Source: a virus
Lineage: Duplodnaviria > Caudoviricetes
Direction: 5' to 3' (one strand)
Length of the DNA stretch: 64,000 nt
Virus record (IMG/VR): IMGVR_UViG_3300033121_001585
Span: 6,081-70,080 of that record
In this document: one piece after another, positions 39,001 through 47,658 of the stretch
Layout: every line of letters starts with the position of its first letter
Numbering within the stretch: the stretch's first letter is position 1
Notes under the pieces: generated by a model
What the model was told of the DNA's origin: nothing
The model's input: only the letters and a program-made list of their open reading frames with translations
Database searches by the model: none
Made by a program: the position numbers and the translations under genes

Positions 39001-39598
39001 CTAAAGCTTTTTGCTCCTTATTCTCATCATCATAAGCTAAACCCATCGCTACTCTCATAAAGAAAGCTTGCGGTGTTTCCATCTTTCTTCCTTCGATGTG
39101 AATTAAATATCTATCATAAATTGTTTGTATGCCAAGATATTTAAATTTTAAATCTCTTTCTATTACTAAAGCTTCTGATAACATCTCTAAATCAAAATTT
39201 AATAATTCTGGATTGATTCTTTCAGCATCGACCATTTCGTACAAATTATCAATGAACGCTTGTTTGTACTGGTCTTCGAATAAATCATGCTCTACGCCAG
39301 TATTAAAAACTTCTTTGTATAAATTATTCAATAGCAATCTAGCTGCTACATAACTATAATTTGGTTCTTTTTCAATTTTAGCTCTGGCGGAAAGGATTAA
39401 AGACTTATCAATTTCAATGGTGGGAACACCGTCATACAACTGAAAGCTTGCGTCAAGAACGATTTCGCTGGCAGACACATTTTCTAACCCTTCGCATGCC
39501 CTTTCTGCTGATTTATTTATTTTATCCAAAATAAGAGGTTCTGTATTTCCGTGGCGTTTCTTGACGCTAACATTTGGCATTAGTGTTCCTTCATTCAT
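36041..39598 (-). CDS. nrdA: Class Ia ribonucleotide reductase alpha subunit with ATP cone and intein
   Basis: VKKRHG ATP cone, PSTPTLFN, LSSCY, SNLCTEI, CNLASINL, APTATIS, KTTYY, terminal CESCT. Confidence 0.96.
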   Translation of the reverse strand: MNEGTLMPNVSVKKRHGNTEPLILDKINKSAERACEGLENVSASEIVLDASFQLYDGVPTIEIDKSLILSARAKIEKEPNYSYVAARLLLNNLYKEVFNTGVEHDLFEDQYKQAFIDNLYEMVDAERINPELLNFDLEMLSEALVIERDLKFKYLGIQTIYDRYLIHIEGRKMETPQAFFMRVAMGLAYDDENKEQKALEYYHSMSQFLYMPSTPTLFNSGTNFPQLSSCYLSTMDDSEDGIMGTIHDQARLSKFAGGVAIDWGYVRGEGARIKKTNGKSSGPIPFMKILNDTLVAFDQGGKRKGAGVSYLPDWHLQVEDFCDLKKNTGDERRRCHDMNTALWCSDLFFKKVFYEKDSYWYLFSPDEVSDLHDSYGKDFEKKYNKYVSLAEAGKIKTFKKVEAKSLFKKILISALSTGHPWICFKDISNILYTNKNEGIVHSSNLCTEILRHTKKTLYEMGQKKVLGETAVCLAEGSLVLTDNGYLPIEECNDKYVYTQYTSDSDFIQNKSFEKAKLIYNGEKYVYKITLNNGYELEATDNHPILTKYKDNSKLRYKKNDYSIPDGYQWKQLKNIKIGDFIAISCNDSLSKEKIVQDDDYLTAGWILGDGWQAYSNYGVCFGPTEFKAKDFVMNKIKEWFIANISDSGNGRFPQFEAKPDKNGVFCWASGNQLWKDFLEKKFGFKQALAKNKDIYECIRNKDLNKKASFLSGLFSADGCALIDTKGRISVCLTSASKQLLLSTQKILNEFGIRSIIVDSYPRKRYQGSLRIHGYKECKSFYDNINFLLCENKSNKLRDFLNKNIESNIGARNCSKVQSIELVGVKKVYDLCLEKKHHFVANGIVVHNCNLASINLVEHVYFNEDKKVWLIDYTKLAKTVETAINSLDDVIDKNHYPIKEAQKSNLRHRPIGLGIMGFSDLLHILEIPYESQSAVDIAGGVQEFIYYHAIKTSIKLAKEKGKFKSYKNSEWDSNGLPHQLYKDLEKFRGKKIRVPSYNELDWEPLCQDLGRYGIRNSSLLAIAPTATISSIVGCSQSIEPDYGIIYVYSTLSGEFTIINEHFVKRMKSLGLWCNELVDAIKKADGDVLQLNIPDEIKEEYKGAFDIDYRYLVDAASARQKYIDMGQSFNIYCGKPSMKYLADIYQYCWEKDLKTTYYVRAKAASKVEKSSCSIEAMKRGEICESCT
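37058..38185 (-). mobile_element. LAGLIDADG intein (376 aa) in NrdA
   Basis: Junctions ETAV|CLAEGS and IVVHN|CNLAS; ATDNHPI; AGWILGDG and FLSGLFSADG. Confidence 0.93.
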
Positions 39599-39606
39599 TT
39601 TTTTAT

Positions 39607-39663
39607 CTCCAGCATATTTTTATTTATTCTAAGGTAGGATAGAATACTTTTACCCTGCTGGAG
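39607..39663 (-). promoter_or_regulatory. Structured nrdA leader; the outer stem covers the GGAG Shine-Dalgarno
   Basis: 8-bp CTCCAGCA/TGCTGGAG enclosing a 7-bp TATTCTA/TAGAATA hairpin; GGAG lies 8 nt before the ATG at 39598. Confidence 0.5.
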
Positions 39664-39683
39664 TTACTGCGACACAAAGAAAT

Positions 39684-39721
39684 GCAAAAAAAATAGCATA
39701 GAGTGTTAATTCTATGCTATT
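39684..39721 (-). terminator. Intrinsic terminator after the serine protease gene
   Basis: 11-bp inverted repeat AATAGCATAGA/TCTATGCTATT followed by a T run on the minus strand. Confidence 0.7.
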
Positions 39722-39746
39722 GTATCATGATATCTGAATATGTCAA
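39719..39746 (-). promoter_or_regulatory. Sigma70-type promoter for nrdAB
   Basis: TTGACA (39746-39741), 16 nt, TGa-TACAAT (39724-39719). Confidence 0.7.
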
Positions 39747-40408
39747 TTGGAAAAAAGCCAGGACAACTTATTTTTATTAGCCCAATCTTTAATATCATTT
39801 ATCGGAATAACCTGTGCCCCCACGAATTCAAATCTAGCTCTTACCATTCCAATGCATTTACCGTTCATATCATACATTCCTCCACCGCTGCATCCTGGTA
39901 ATACTGTTAATTGGCAAATCAGATGCTCTCCAGAATCATAACAAAGTATTCCTTTAGTGACTGCTAAATCTCCATATTTGCCCCAATGTGCAAAATCTCC
40001 ATAATAAAAGACATCCATTCCTTTTTTAATACATTTTTTATCAAATTCAAATTCCGTACTTTTAGTACATGAACTCAAATCAATAGAACATTCTAATACA
40101 GCTACATCTATCTCTTTTGATGTTGCTAAAACTTTAGTATTAACAATTAATTTTGACTTCTCATCGACTTTAAAAACAAACAGTTTATTTTTTAGTCCTT
40201 CAACAACATGATTATTAGTCAATACATATGTTTTATTTTTCTTATTAACTATAAGACCCGTTCCCCCTAAACTTTTTTCTAAGTTATTTGGGTCATTTAT
40301 AATAGATACAGTATTGTAATTAACTTTTTCTACGTTTTTAATCAGACTTTCGTCAGAGTATAAAGAGGCGACAAGCAGTAAACTACTGCATAAAAAGATT
40401 ATCTTCAT
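39743..40408 (-). CDS. Secreted trypsin-like serine protease
   Basis: Signal peptide; LTNNHVV (His), DVAVL (Asp), PGCSGGG (Ser). Confidence 0.88.
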   Translation of the reverse strand: MKIIFLCSSLLLVASLYSDESLIKNVEKVNYNTVSIINDPNNLEKSLGGTGLIVNKKNKTYVLTNNHVVEGLKNKLFVFKVDEKSKLIVNTKVLATSKEIDVAVLECSIDLSSCTKSTEFEFDKKCIKKGMDVFYYGDFAHWGKYGDLAVTKGILCYDSGEHLICQLTVLPGCSGGGMYDMNGKCIGMVRARFEFVGAQVIPINDIKDWANKNKLSWLFSN

Positions 40409-40845
40409 CTTCCTCCTGAACAGTTGCCACCACTAAAATTACCTAAAAAAGGTATAGAATTTAAAATTGGTGCTTGTTGAGTTACTTGTTCTCGATACCA
40501 CGATTTACCGTTCCATGTTAATTCAGTTCCATCATCATGAATACATCTAAATAAACCATTTCTTGTATATACTCTAGTTCTATCTGGGTCTATTTTAACT
40601 TTTTTACAACCTTTACTATCGCAAATGTAAGTATATTCTTCTACTACTTCTGTTCTTTCGTTTACAGTTGAGAAAACATCATTTGATTCTATTTCTTTTA
40701 GTTTTGCCTTGATATTATCAATTTGCACAGATAGACTATCAAGGTCTGTCATAATCATTTTAAATTTATTTTTATTTAAGCCATTATCAGCGTTTGCTGA
40801 AGAGACTATTGCTAAAGCAATTATCAATCCATATATCTTATTCAT
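40405..40845 (-). CDS. Secreted hypothetical protein
   Basis: Signal peptide ending SANA; C-terminal GGNCSGGR. Confidence 0.7.
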   Translation of the reverse strand: MNKIYGLIIALAIVSSANADNGLNKNKFKMIMTDLDSLSVQIDNIKAKLKEIESNDVFSTVNERTEVVEEYTYICDSKGCKKVKIDPDRTRVYTRNGLFRCIHDDGTELTWNGKSWYREQVTQQAPILNSIPFLGNFSGGNCSGGR

Positions 40846-40853
40846 AAATCACC

Positions 40854-41789
40854 TTAAATCATCTTGAATAATTTTTTATCAATTGGTTGTTCTGGGAAAC
40901 CTTCAAATTGAGAATAAGCAAAGCATTCTCCAGCACGAATCATGTTTTCGATAACTTTTCTTCTTGCTCTAATTACACCCACAGGCAAATCTTCATTTGT
41001 TTGGAAATCTTTTAGACGACCGTGTACATCTCCCCAAGAGTTTAAAATAAGAGCATAATCTTCTGTGTATGTTTCATCAACACCCATAATACACATTTGA
41101 TGTGCCCAACTTCCACTACCAGCATGGAAACCATCGCTTCTAGGTTCCATAGTAAAACCTTGGTCGCTAGCTACAGTACATACGTAACCATTACAAATAG
41201 CTGCTACCAATTCATCCCAACTATTAATTTTAGCTGCTGACTTAATAGGATGTATTTTAGCTAATTCAACAAATTCTTTAGGTGGACCTGGATTGTAACC
41301 CCATTTCTTAGCTACGCTACCAGCATATTTAGGAACTCCTGTTTCATCAGAAGCAAGAACGCCATACTTAATAACAGCTTCAGCTTGCCATGAACCTAAG
41401 CTTCCATCACTATTACCAAGACTGCCGTTACCAATAAATACTCTTCCAGTACCATAAAAATATGGAGGAAATACGTTTCGGAATTTTTCTAAATCGCCTT
41501 TCATAAATATTTCACAACATTCTAAATATTCAGATGCGTTTTTAGCACCAAAACTTACACAATCTCCAATTTCTTGTGGGTAATTAAGAGTGTCTTTCCC
41601 TAAAACTTTTCTTACTACCTGATAAAGAAACATCTTTCTTTTTTCACCAACAGGTCTACCAACCAATAGGTGCTTCATATCTTTAAATGAAGAACTACCT
41701 CTAAGCATATTCCATGCTTCTTTAGCTAGCTGTTCGCCGCCCCAACCTTTAACCGTGCCGTTTTGATAAGCTTGTACTATTGCAGACAT
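40854..41789 (-). CDS. Papain-like (C1) cysteine peptidase
   Basis: QEIGDCVSFG, WAHQMCIMG, ILNSWG. Confidence 0.85.
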   Translation of the reverse strand: MSAIVQAYQNGTVKGWGGEQLAKEAWNMLRGSSSFKDMKHLLVGRPVGEKRKMFLYQVVRKVLGKDTLNYPQEIGDCVSFGAKNASEYLECCEIFMKGDLEKFRNVFPPYFYGTGRVFIGNGSLGNSDGSLGSWQAEAVIKYGVLASDETGVPKYAGSVAKKWGYNPGPPKEFVELAKIHPIKSAAKINSWDELVAAICNGYVCTVASDQGFTMEPRSDGFHAGSGSWAHQMCIMGVDETYTEDYALILNSWGDVHGRLKDFQTNEDLPVGVIRARRKVIENMIRAGECFAYSQFEGFPEQPIDKKLFKMI

Positions 41790-41790
41790 T

Positions 41791-42567
41791 TTAGTTCACC
41801 TTTACTTTTTCTAGACCTAATGCTATTTCGTCAAAAGCTGCTTTAAAATCATCTTTATTTACTAATTTTCTATCTGTATATAATGCATACACTATTTCTT
41901 GTAAATCAGTAAAGAATGAGTCCCATTTTTCAGCTGGAATATTAACATCAGCTAACGCTTTTTTATTAGTTTTTGTGACTTCTATTAAAATTTCTTCAGG
42001 TTTTGTGAGTGTACCGGCAGCTATTCTAGTAGAAATACTCTTGTATGATTTAGCTATTTCTGCCGCTCCATTTTTAGCATCAGCAGGAACATTTTTATTA
42101 GCTAGTTTATATACGGTTGCAGATAACTTATATCTTCCGTCTGGAAACGATGGGTCTGGTTCAGGATTAGGATTTGGGTCAGGACCAGGATTAGCTCCAC
42201 CAATATCTAATGTGCCGCTAATAGTTTTTATAAACACTTTGTTATTTGTATACAAATAAGCAACATTCGCGTATATGTATAATCTTCTCTTGATTATTCC
42301 AGAACCAAAAAAGATTTTTTCGGAATCTTTCCAATGATATAACTTAGATTTGATTTCGCCTTTGTATACATCAAGTATTTGCCAGTCTACGCTATGTGAT
42401 AGATAACCAGTAGGTTTCTTATCAATAGGCGTTAAACCTAAGACTACAACTTCTCCTAAGTCAACAGGAGCTTCATTGCCTGTAATTTTATGTACTGGTA
42501 ATTCTTGACCAAATAAATTTACATTTAAAAATAAAACGAAAAGTATTGTTGGTATAAATTTATTCAT
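41791..42567 (-). CDS. Secreted protein with a Pro-rich linker
   Basis: Signal peptide; GPDPNPNPEPDP linker followed by a helical domain. Confidence 0.75.
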   Translation of the reverse strand: MNKFIPTILFVLFLNVNLFGQELPVHKITGNEAPVDLGEVVVLGLTPIDKKPTGYLSHSVDWQILDVYKGEIKSKLYHWKDSEKIFFGSGIIKRRLYIYANVAYLYTNNKVFIKTISGTLDIGGANPGPDPNPNPEPDPSFPDGRYKLSATVYKLANKNVPADAKNGAAEIAKSYKSISTRIAAGTLTKPEEILIEVTKTNKKALADVNIPAEKWDSFFTDLQEIVYALYTDRKLVNKDDFKAAFDEIALGLEKVKVN

Positions 42568-42580
42568 AATTTCCTCGATT

Positions 42581-42619
42581 AATAAAAAAAGATGACACAG
42601 TATTTAACCGTGCCATCTT
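42581..42619 (-). terminator. Intrinsic terminator
   Basis: Minus strand AAGATGGCACGG-loop-CTGTGTCATCTT (12 bp with two G-U pairs, strand-specific) followed by a T run. Confidence 0.75.
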
Positions 42620-42637
42620 AATGATAAAAAACTGTTT

Positions 42638-42865
42638 TTACTTTTTCAAGCTGGCTAAAACTTTTTTAACTTCTTCAGACTTTCCTAACGTGTTAATTAG
42701 TAAAGCTACAAGTTCAAGGAACCATTGTTCGTTTAGAACTTTCTTGATTGCTTCGATAACGCTCTTAACATTTTCATTTTTTGAAAACACAGAGAAGAAA
42801 TCTAACATCTGAACTGCAATATTCACATACTTTCGTAAATCGTCTGGTGACATTTTTCTCTCCAT
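42638..42865 (-). CDS. Hypothetical protein
   Basis: 75 aa helical ORF. Confidence 0.6.
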   Translation of the reverse strand: MERKMSPDDLRKYVNIAVQMLDFFSVFSKNENVKSVIEAIKKVLNEQWFLELVALLINTLGKSEEVKKVLASLKK

Positions 42866-43368
42866 TACATATAAATTTTAGTTAATTCTTTAATACCTTT
42901 TTGTATTTTCTGTCTAGCATATTCGCCAGAATAACCATGATGTTTCCCAATTTCTTCTAAAGTATATTTTCCAAAATAATATTCTTCAACTACCTCTCGT
43001 AGTTCTGGATTTAAAGAGTTAAGAGAATCTTTAAGTTCATTAATCATGCAAATTTTGTTATTGCTGATTTTATTACTATGAAGATTATCATCTAAAGATA
43101 TGTAAGTATGCCTATACTTTTTCTTAACTTCATTAATACAAGCCCATTTAACAAAATTCCAAAGAGATGAAGTAAATTTTCTGTTAAAAGAACTTTTATG
43201 TCCTTGTAGACATCTCCATAAACCTATAAGACCGCAAGATTTTCTTTCTTCTAAATCCAAATATTTGTCAAATTTGCTTAAAACTGTTTTGATGATTTTC
43301 TTATTATCAACATCATTTAAGGCTTTCTTAAAATCCTCGTCCGAAATAACATTATTTTTCATTTTCAC
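42865..43368 (-). CDS. Sigma70-family (regions 2 and 4 only) RNA polymerase sigma factor
   Basis: GLIGLWRC, FTSSLWNFVKW, YFGKYTLEEIGKHHGYSGEYARQ. Confidence 0.85.
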   Translation of the reverse strand: MKMKNNVISDEDFKKALNDVDNKKIIKTVLSKFDKYLDLEERKSCGLIGLWRCLQGHKSSFNRKFTSSLWNFVKWACINEVKKKYRHTYISLDDNLHSNKISNNKICMINELKDSLNSLNPELREVVEEYYFGKYTLEEIGKHHGYSGEYARQKIQKGIKELTKIYM

Positions 43369-43384
43369 CCATTCCTTAACAGTC

Positions 43385-43960
43385 TCATCGTAGAGGTTCT
43401 GTTAAAATTTTATCGGCTACGCCATATTCAACGGCATCGCGAGCCTTTAACCATAGTCCACAATCTATATCGTTAGTGAATTTTGAAACTTTTTTCTTAA
43501 TTGTCTTAGCGACTTTTTCCAGAATGTTAGTATTATTCTCTTTGATATAGTCATTGTATTTCTCCTGATATTTTATATAATCTTCTGGAATAGTATAAGA
43601 TATAGGATGTAACATTATAGTAGCAGAATCTCTAACAAATCTATAACCTTTAGTGCCAAAAATAAATATATAAGCCGCAGCAGAAGCTACCATACCTGAT
43701 GCGACTGTAGATATAACTACACCTTTATTTTTTAAGATTTCCATTTCGTCTATTATAGCTAACATATCTGTAACAGAACCACCATCATTATTCAGCAATA
43801 GAGTGATAGGAAGTTTTGCGTCATTCTCATACATATAGTACATTTGTTGAATAACGTCATAAGACGAGTTAGTAGAAATTTCATCCCAAACAAATATTCT
43901 TCTCTTATCAAAATGATGTTGTAAAATTTTTTCAGCTAATTCATTATCTTTGCTTGCCAT
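43385..43960 (-). CDS. clpP: ClpP-like protease
   Basis: NNDGGSV, GMVASAAAYI (Ser), IMLHP (His), WLKARDAVEYGVADKI. Confidence 0.85.
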   Translation of the reverse strand: MASKDNELAEKILQHHFDKRRIFVWDEISTNSSYDVIQQMYYMYENDAKLPITLLLNNDGGSVTDMLAIIDEMEILKNKGVVISTVASGMVASAAAYIFIFGTKGYRFVRDSATIMLHPISYTIPEDYIKYQEKYNDYIKENNTNILEKVAKTIKKKVSKFTNDIDCGLWLKARDAVEYGVADKILTEPLR

Positions 43961-43963
43961 TAA

Positions 43964-44578
43964 TTACTCCCATGAGCGTAAAATTTGTTCAGTTTTAAAG
44001 CTTGATACTTTACCTTCTACTTCTTCTTTACTTTTACCAACAAAAGGAATTACCTTATTATCTGAAACTACTATTGCCCAGAACTTATATTTAGACTTTA
44101 AATCTTTTTTCAAGATATCTATTGAATCCTTTTCTTCAGAACATAACTCCTTCTCAATATCATTTAACACTTCTGTTTCGTCAAAAATCTTACCAATACC
44201 AATTCTTGCTCTGTATCTAGTCCAAACATCTAATGTTTCTACTCCGTTAACAGCTTCCATTTTATCAATAAGCTTGGGAGTAATGCTAAAATTAGTATGC
44301 ATCATCCAAAAATTAAATAATTTACTTGGAACATTACCTTCATTTATTGGTATAATTCCTATTGAACCAACTAAAAAAGGACCGCTTACTTTAGTTGCTT
44401 TATCAGCTTTATTTTCATTCCATTCTTCATCTTCGTCTTCACTTGTGTTATTGGCAAGACCTGCTAGTAGCGGGTCTTCCCATTTCATAAACTTAACTTC
44501 TTTGGTTGTAGAATTCATTTTCTTTGTTCTCATTAGAAAAGCGTTTTCTGTATTGACAATAACCTTTAAAATTACCAA
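43964..44578 (-). CDS. Hypothetical protein (true start probably downstream of the track start)
   Basis: FNFWMMHTNF...GVETLDVWTRYRARIGIGKIF. Confidence 0.7.
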   Translation of the reverse strand: MVILKVIVNTENAFLMRTKKMNSTTKEVKFMKWEDPLLAGLANNTSEDEDEEWNENKADKATKVSGPFLVGSIGIIPINEGNVPSKLFNFWMMHTNFSITPKLIDKMEAVNGVETLDVWTRYRARIGIGKIFDETEVLNDIEKELCSEEKDSIDILKKDLKSKYKFWAIVVSDNKVIPFVGKSKEEVEGKVSSFKTEQILRSWE

Positions 44579-45320
44579 TTCTAGCTGGAGAATTTAAAGC
44601 ATAAGCACAATGTTCAAACGGCGACCAGTGACCATTATTAACTAAATCGTCGTGTAATTCAAAGTCTTTTTCTTTAGAGATATCTCCATCATGTGTAGTA
44701 TAAGAAACTCTAGCCGCTCTAGCAACACAAATTTTCAGTTTTTCATCTATGGTTAAGTCAGGGTCTAAAAACTTATCCATAAACGGCAGATGCCATTCTC
44801 CAGGATTAAGCAAGGAAGGTGTGTTTTCAAGATAAAGTTTTTTCATCTTGAAAGCTAAATCCTGAAATTCTGGTTGAGCGTCTTTGTGTGCCCTTAGAAT
44901 AAAGAAATTACCAAAGTCTGTAGCGGTAAGAAGAGTAGTAATATGGAAAAAAGGTTCCATAAGACGGTTGGAAATTTGTTTATGGACTTTAAGAGCTTCT
45001 AATTTTTTTGCAGAAGAAATTGCATCGAACATCGCCTCAAACCAAATTTTTTCTGCTAGGTCAGCGTCTCCCTTGCTCAGATTTTTCTCTGCCTGCATTC
45101 CTTTTTGATTTATACCCCAAGTCACCGGCATAGCTGGACACTTCAATATCTGTTCAACCATTTTAGATATTGGAATAGCTCTAGAACTAGCAGCATTTCT
45201 AGAAAACATTCTATGAGTCATTACTTCAGAATGTATAAATCTTGGATATGTTAATATGTATGTTGTTAATCTGCAACCAACGCAGTTTATACTATCTAAT
45301 AGAATTCTTGCCGTTATCAT
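44493..45320 (-). CDS. thyX: FAD-dependent thymidylate synthase ThyX
   Basis: EVMTHRMFSRNAASSRAIP, HKQISNRLME, FFILR, HWSPFEH. Confidence 0.92.
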   Translation of the reverse strand: MITARILLDSINCVGCRLTTYILTYPRFIHSEVMTHRMFSRNAASSRAIPISKMVEQILKCPAMPVTWGINQKGMQAEKNLSKGDADLAEKIWFEAMFDAISSAKKLEALKVHKQISNRLMEPFFHITTLLTATDFGNFFILRAHKDAQPEFQDLAFKMKKLYLENTPSLLNPGEWHLPFMDKFLDPDLTIDEKLKICVARAARVSYTTHDGDISKEKDFELHDDLVNNGHWSPFEHCAYALNSPARIGNFKGYCQYRKRFSNENKENEFYNQRS

Positions 45321-45682
45321 GGTTTAAAAACGCTTGTCGGTGATATTGATGGTAAATTTTTATTTTTTTCTATGTTGGTTACTATAGCTTTAAAACTGTT
45401 AGCTACAGTTTCTCCATTTATTCCTTTAGCAACCATTGCTGGTATACTTTTCTTCATTAATTCTAAAAATTTTTCAGTAGTGATAATACATGTTAACTTA
45501 CCCAAATCATAACCTAACTTTTGAGGAACATCGTGCCAATCCTCTTCTAAAGCAAGTGGGTATAAATTTATATTGCCGTCAGGAGTCATACCAAAGAAAA
45601 TTCCATTACCGCAAGCTTCTATCAATTCTCTTAATCTGTCTTTAGTATTTTCCTTTTCTTTTTTTTGCCAAAACCATCTCAT
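45317..45682 (-). CDS. Hypothetical protein
   Basis: 121 aa coupled ORF. Confidence 0.6.
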   Translation of the reverse strand: MRWFWQKKEKENTKDRLRELIEACGNGIFFGMTPDGNINLYPLALEEDWHDVPQKLGYDLGKLTCIITTEKFLELMKKSIPAMVAKGINGETVANSFKAIVTNIEKNKNLPSISPTSVFKP

Positions 45683-46089
45683 ATTGAATTACTCGCTTTG
45701 ATTATTAAATTTTTGATATCTTTAATTTCATTGATTAATAAACTGCTTTTCTTCCATTCGTACTTAGATTCATCTCTAAGTTTTATTACAGCTGGAACTA
45801 CTGAAACATAGACAATTTTTAATTGATTTTTTGATACTTCTTCGATTAAGAAAGGTTTATTATCAAGTATTATCCAACCGTCTATTCCGTCAAAAGCTTT
45901 AATTCCAGTTATTTCTTCTATTAGTTCACAAGCAGCTTTGTATGACTCTTTATTGTCATAGTTTACTGATGGTATTGTACCACAAGAATTCTTTTCTGTC
46001 AATATCAAAGGGTCATTTTTATGCTGTAAGTCTAAAGAGCAAACAAAAATTCCTACTTGTATTGAATATTTTTTATATGTTTCACTCAT
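45679..46089 (-). CDS. Degenerate NUDIX-like protein
   Basis: AACELIEEITGI resembles a Nudix-box remnant. Confidence 0.35.
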   Translation of the reverse strand: MSETYKKYSIQVGIFVCSLDLQHKNDPLILTEKNSCGTIPSVNYDNKESYKAACELIEEITGIKAFDGIDGWIILDNKPFLIEEVSKNQLKIVYVSVVPAVIKLRDESKYEWKKSSLLINEIKDIKNLIIKASNSI

Positions 46090-46576
46090 TTAATAGTATC
46101 TCTAGTATTACTAATAATTCCTCTTTGGAAATATTTTTGATTTCATAGAATATTACAGGCATTATATCTTCAATTTTGTAAAGACAAAGAGCAGCGTTAC
46201 CATCTCCAGCTGTAGGTATAATTCTACCTTGAGTTTTACTCATGAAATTTTTAAGTTTTTTTACAGATGTAAGCCAAACAGATTCGCCATTATTGATGAT
46301 ATGTGCCCATAACTCAGCTTCGGTAATTGCTACGCCGCTGTTATTACCAGTTTTAGGATTGTAAAACTCTATTGCCACGTTACCAGATTTTGCTGAGTAC
46401 AAATCGTATTTAACTTCTATTCTAAAATCTTTATTATACTTAACTAATATATCATGTTTTACATCCTTGTTTTTATTTAAGACAACATCTATTCCATGTT
46501 GCTTAAATATATTTGAGACTATATCTTCTCCAACGCTTCCTATATTTAAATCTCTAACAAAATTTTTCTTAGGCAT
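46082..46576 (-). CDS. PD-(D/E)XK-like nuclease
   Basis: GSVGEDIV, HDILV, IEVKYD, GNVAIEF. Confidence 0.65.
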   Translation of the reverse strand: MPKKNFVRDLNIGSVGEDIVSNIFKQHGIDVVLNKNKDVKHDILVKYNKDFRIEVKYDLYSAKSGNVAIEFYNPKTGNNSGVAITEAELWAHIINNGESVWLTSVKKLKNFMSKTQGRIIPTAGDGNAALCLYKIEDIMPVIFYEIKNISKEELLVILEILLNE

Positions 46577-47657
46577 TTATAGCTCTTTCTATATTTTCAC
46601 AAGTTCTATCCCACGATAAGAATTTAGCTGTTTCTATACCTGCTAGATTAATATCAAGCTTTCCGCTTTGTTTCTTCTTGTGAACATTTAACATATGTTG
46701 AGAAATTTCATCAAAATTTTGCTTCTCAAAAGTAGCCCAATTACCTTGATTTTTAAAGAAAACTCCATCATAAGCAGATTCTTTTATTTTTAAAGTTGTT
46801 AGCATAGCATTTTTATTATTAGCAAAAGCTGAATGAGCAGTATTATTTGTGGCTATAACATATTTACCGCAACTCATCATTTCTAACAATTCAAGATTCC
46901 AACCTTCTGCTCTTGAAAGAAATAAACCGCAATCTGAATTCATTATAAGTTCAGCTACATTTTTTTGATTTTGTAATCTAGTATTAATTATAGCTATCTT
47001 TTCTTTCATTGGAGAATTGAGATACATATCTGTCCATTCTTGATTTCCTTTAGGTCCAATAAAAGGATTAAAGCAATTCATTATTAACATAACGTCGTCT
47101 TCAGGCTTAAACGTATCGCAAAAAATATCTAGCAAAACATCGTGACCTTTTCTAACTTCCCATTTTCCAATAGCTAGAAATTTTGTCGCTGTTTTATGGC
47201 TTGGAAAAATTTCTTTAAAAGAAAGATTTTCATTAAATAAGTTTCTGTCTACTCCTAAAGGCGTAATATACGTAGGCACAATTACATTATTATTTTCTAA
47301 TATTTCTTTAGCCCATTCGCAAGTAACAAAAATTTTATCTAAATGTTGTAGAGAACTAACTTCGGTTTCGTTAAATTTATCCAATTCAAAAAATGGAAAT
47401 CCTATATGTTGACCTTTACCAATCATAGTCTTTAAGTCATTTTGATGCCATATTTTTAAACATGTGGCATGTCTATTATAATCTAATGAAGCTTTTATTT
47501 TAGACACAATCAAATCTTTATCTTCTGCCGGAACTTCTACATTTCCAATAGGGTGCAAGAAAACATCGTTTCCTCTGTTACTTAAAGATTTTGTTATATT
47601 AAGAGAGGCTATTCCATAACCAAGCTGATTAATTGGACAATAAAGATTGATATCCAT
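46569..47657 (-). CDS. GT4 glycosyltransferase
   Basis: IGKWEVRKGHDVLL, LSRAEGWNLELLEMMSCG. Confidence 0.9.
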   Translation of the reverse strand: MDINLYCPINQLGYGIASLNITKSLSNRGNDVFLHPIGNVEVPAEDKDLIVSKIKASLDYNRHATCLKIWHQNDLKTMIGKGQHIGFPFFELDKFNETEVSSLQHLDKIFVTCEWAKEILENNNVIVPTYITPLGVDRNLFNENLSFKEIFPSHKTATKFLAIGKWEVRKGHDVLLDIFCDTFKPEDDVMLIMNCFNPFIGPKGNQEWTDMYLNSPMKEKIAIINTRLQNQKNVAELIMNSDCGLFLSRAEGWNLELLEMMSCGKYVIATNNTAHSAFANNKNAMLTTLKIKESAYDGVFFKNQGNWATFEKQNFDEISQHMLNVHKKKQSGKLDINLAGIETAKFLSWDRTCENIERAINA

Positions 47658-47658
47658 T

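Noticed and set aside
42150-42200. Short nucleotide repeats
   Set aside because: Explained by the Pro-Asn/Asp linker codons
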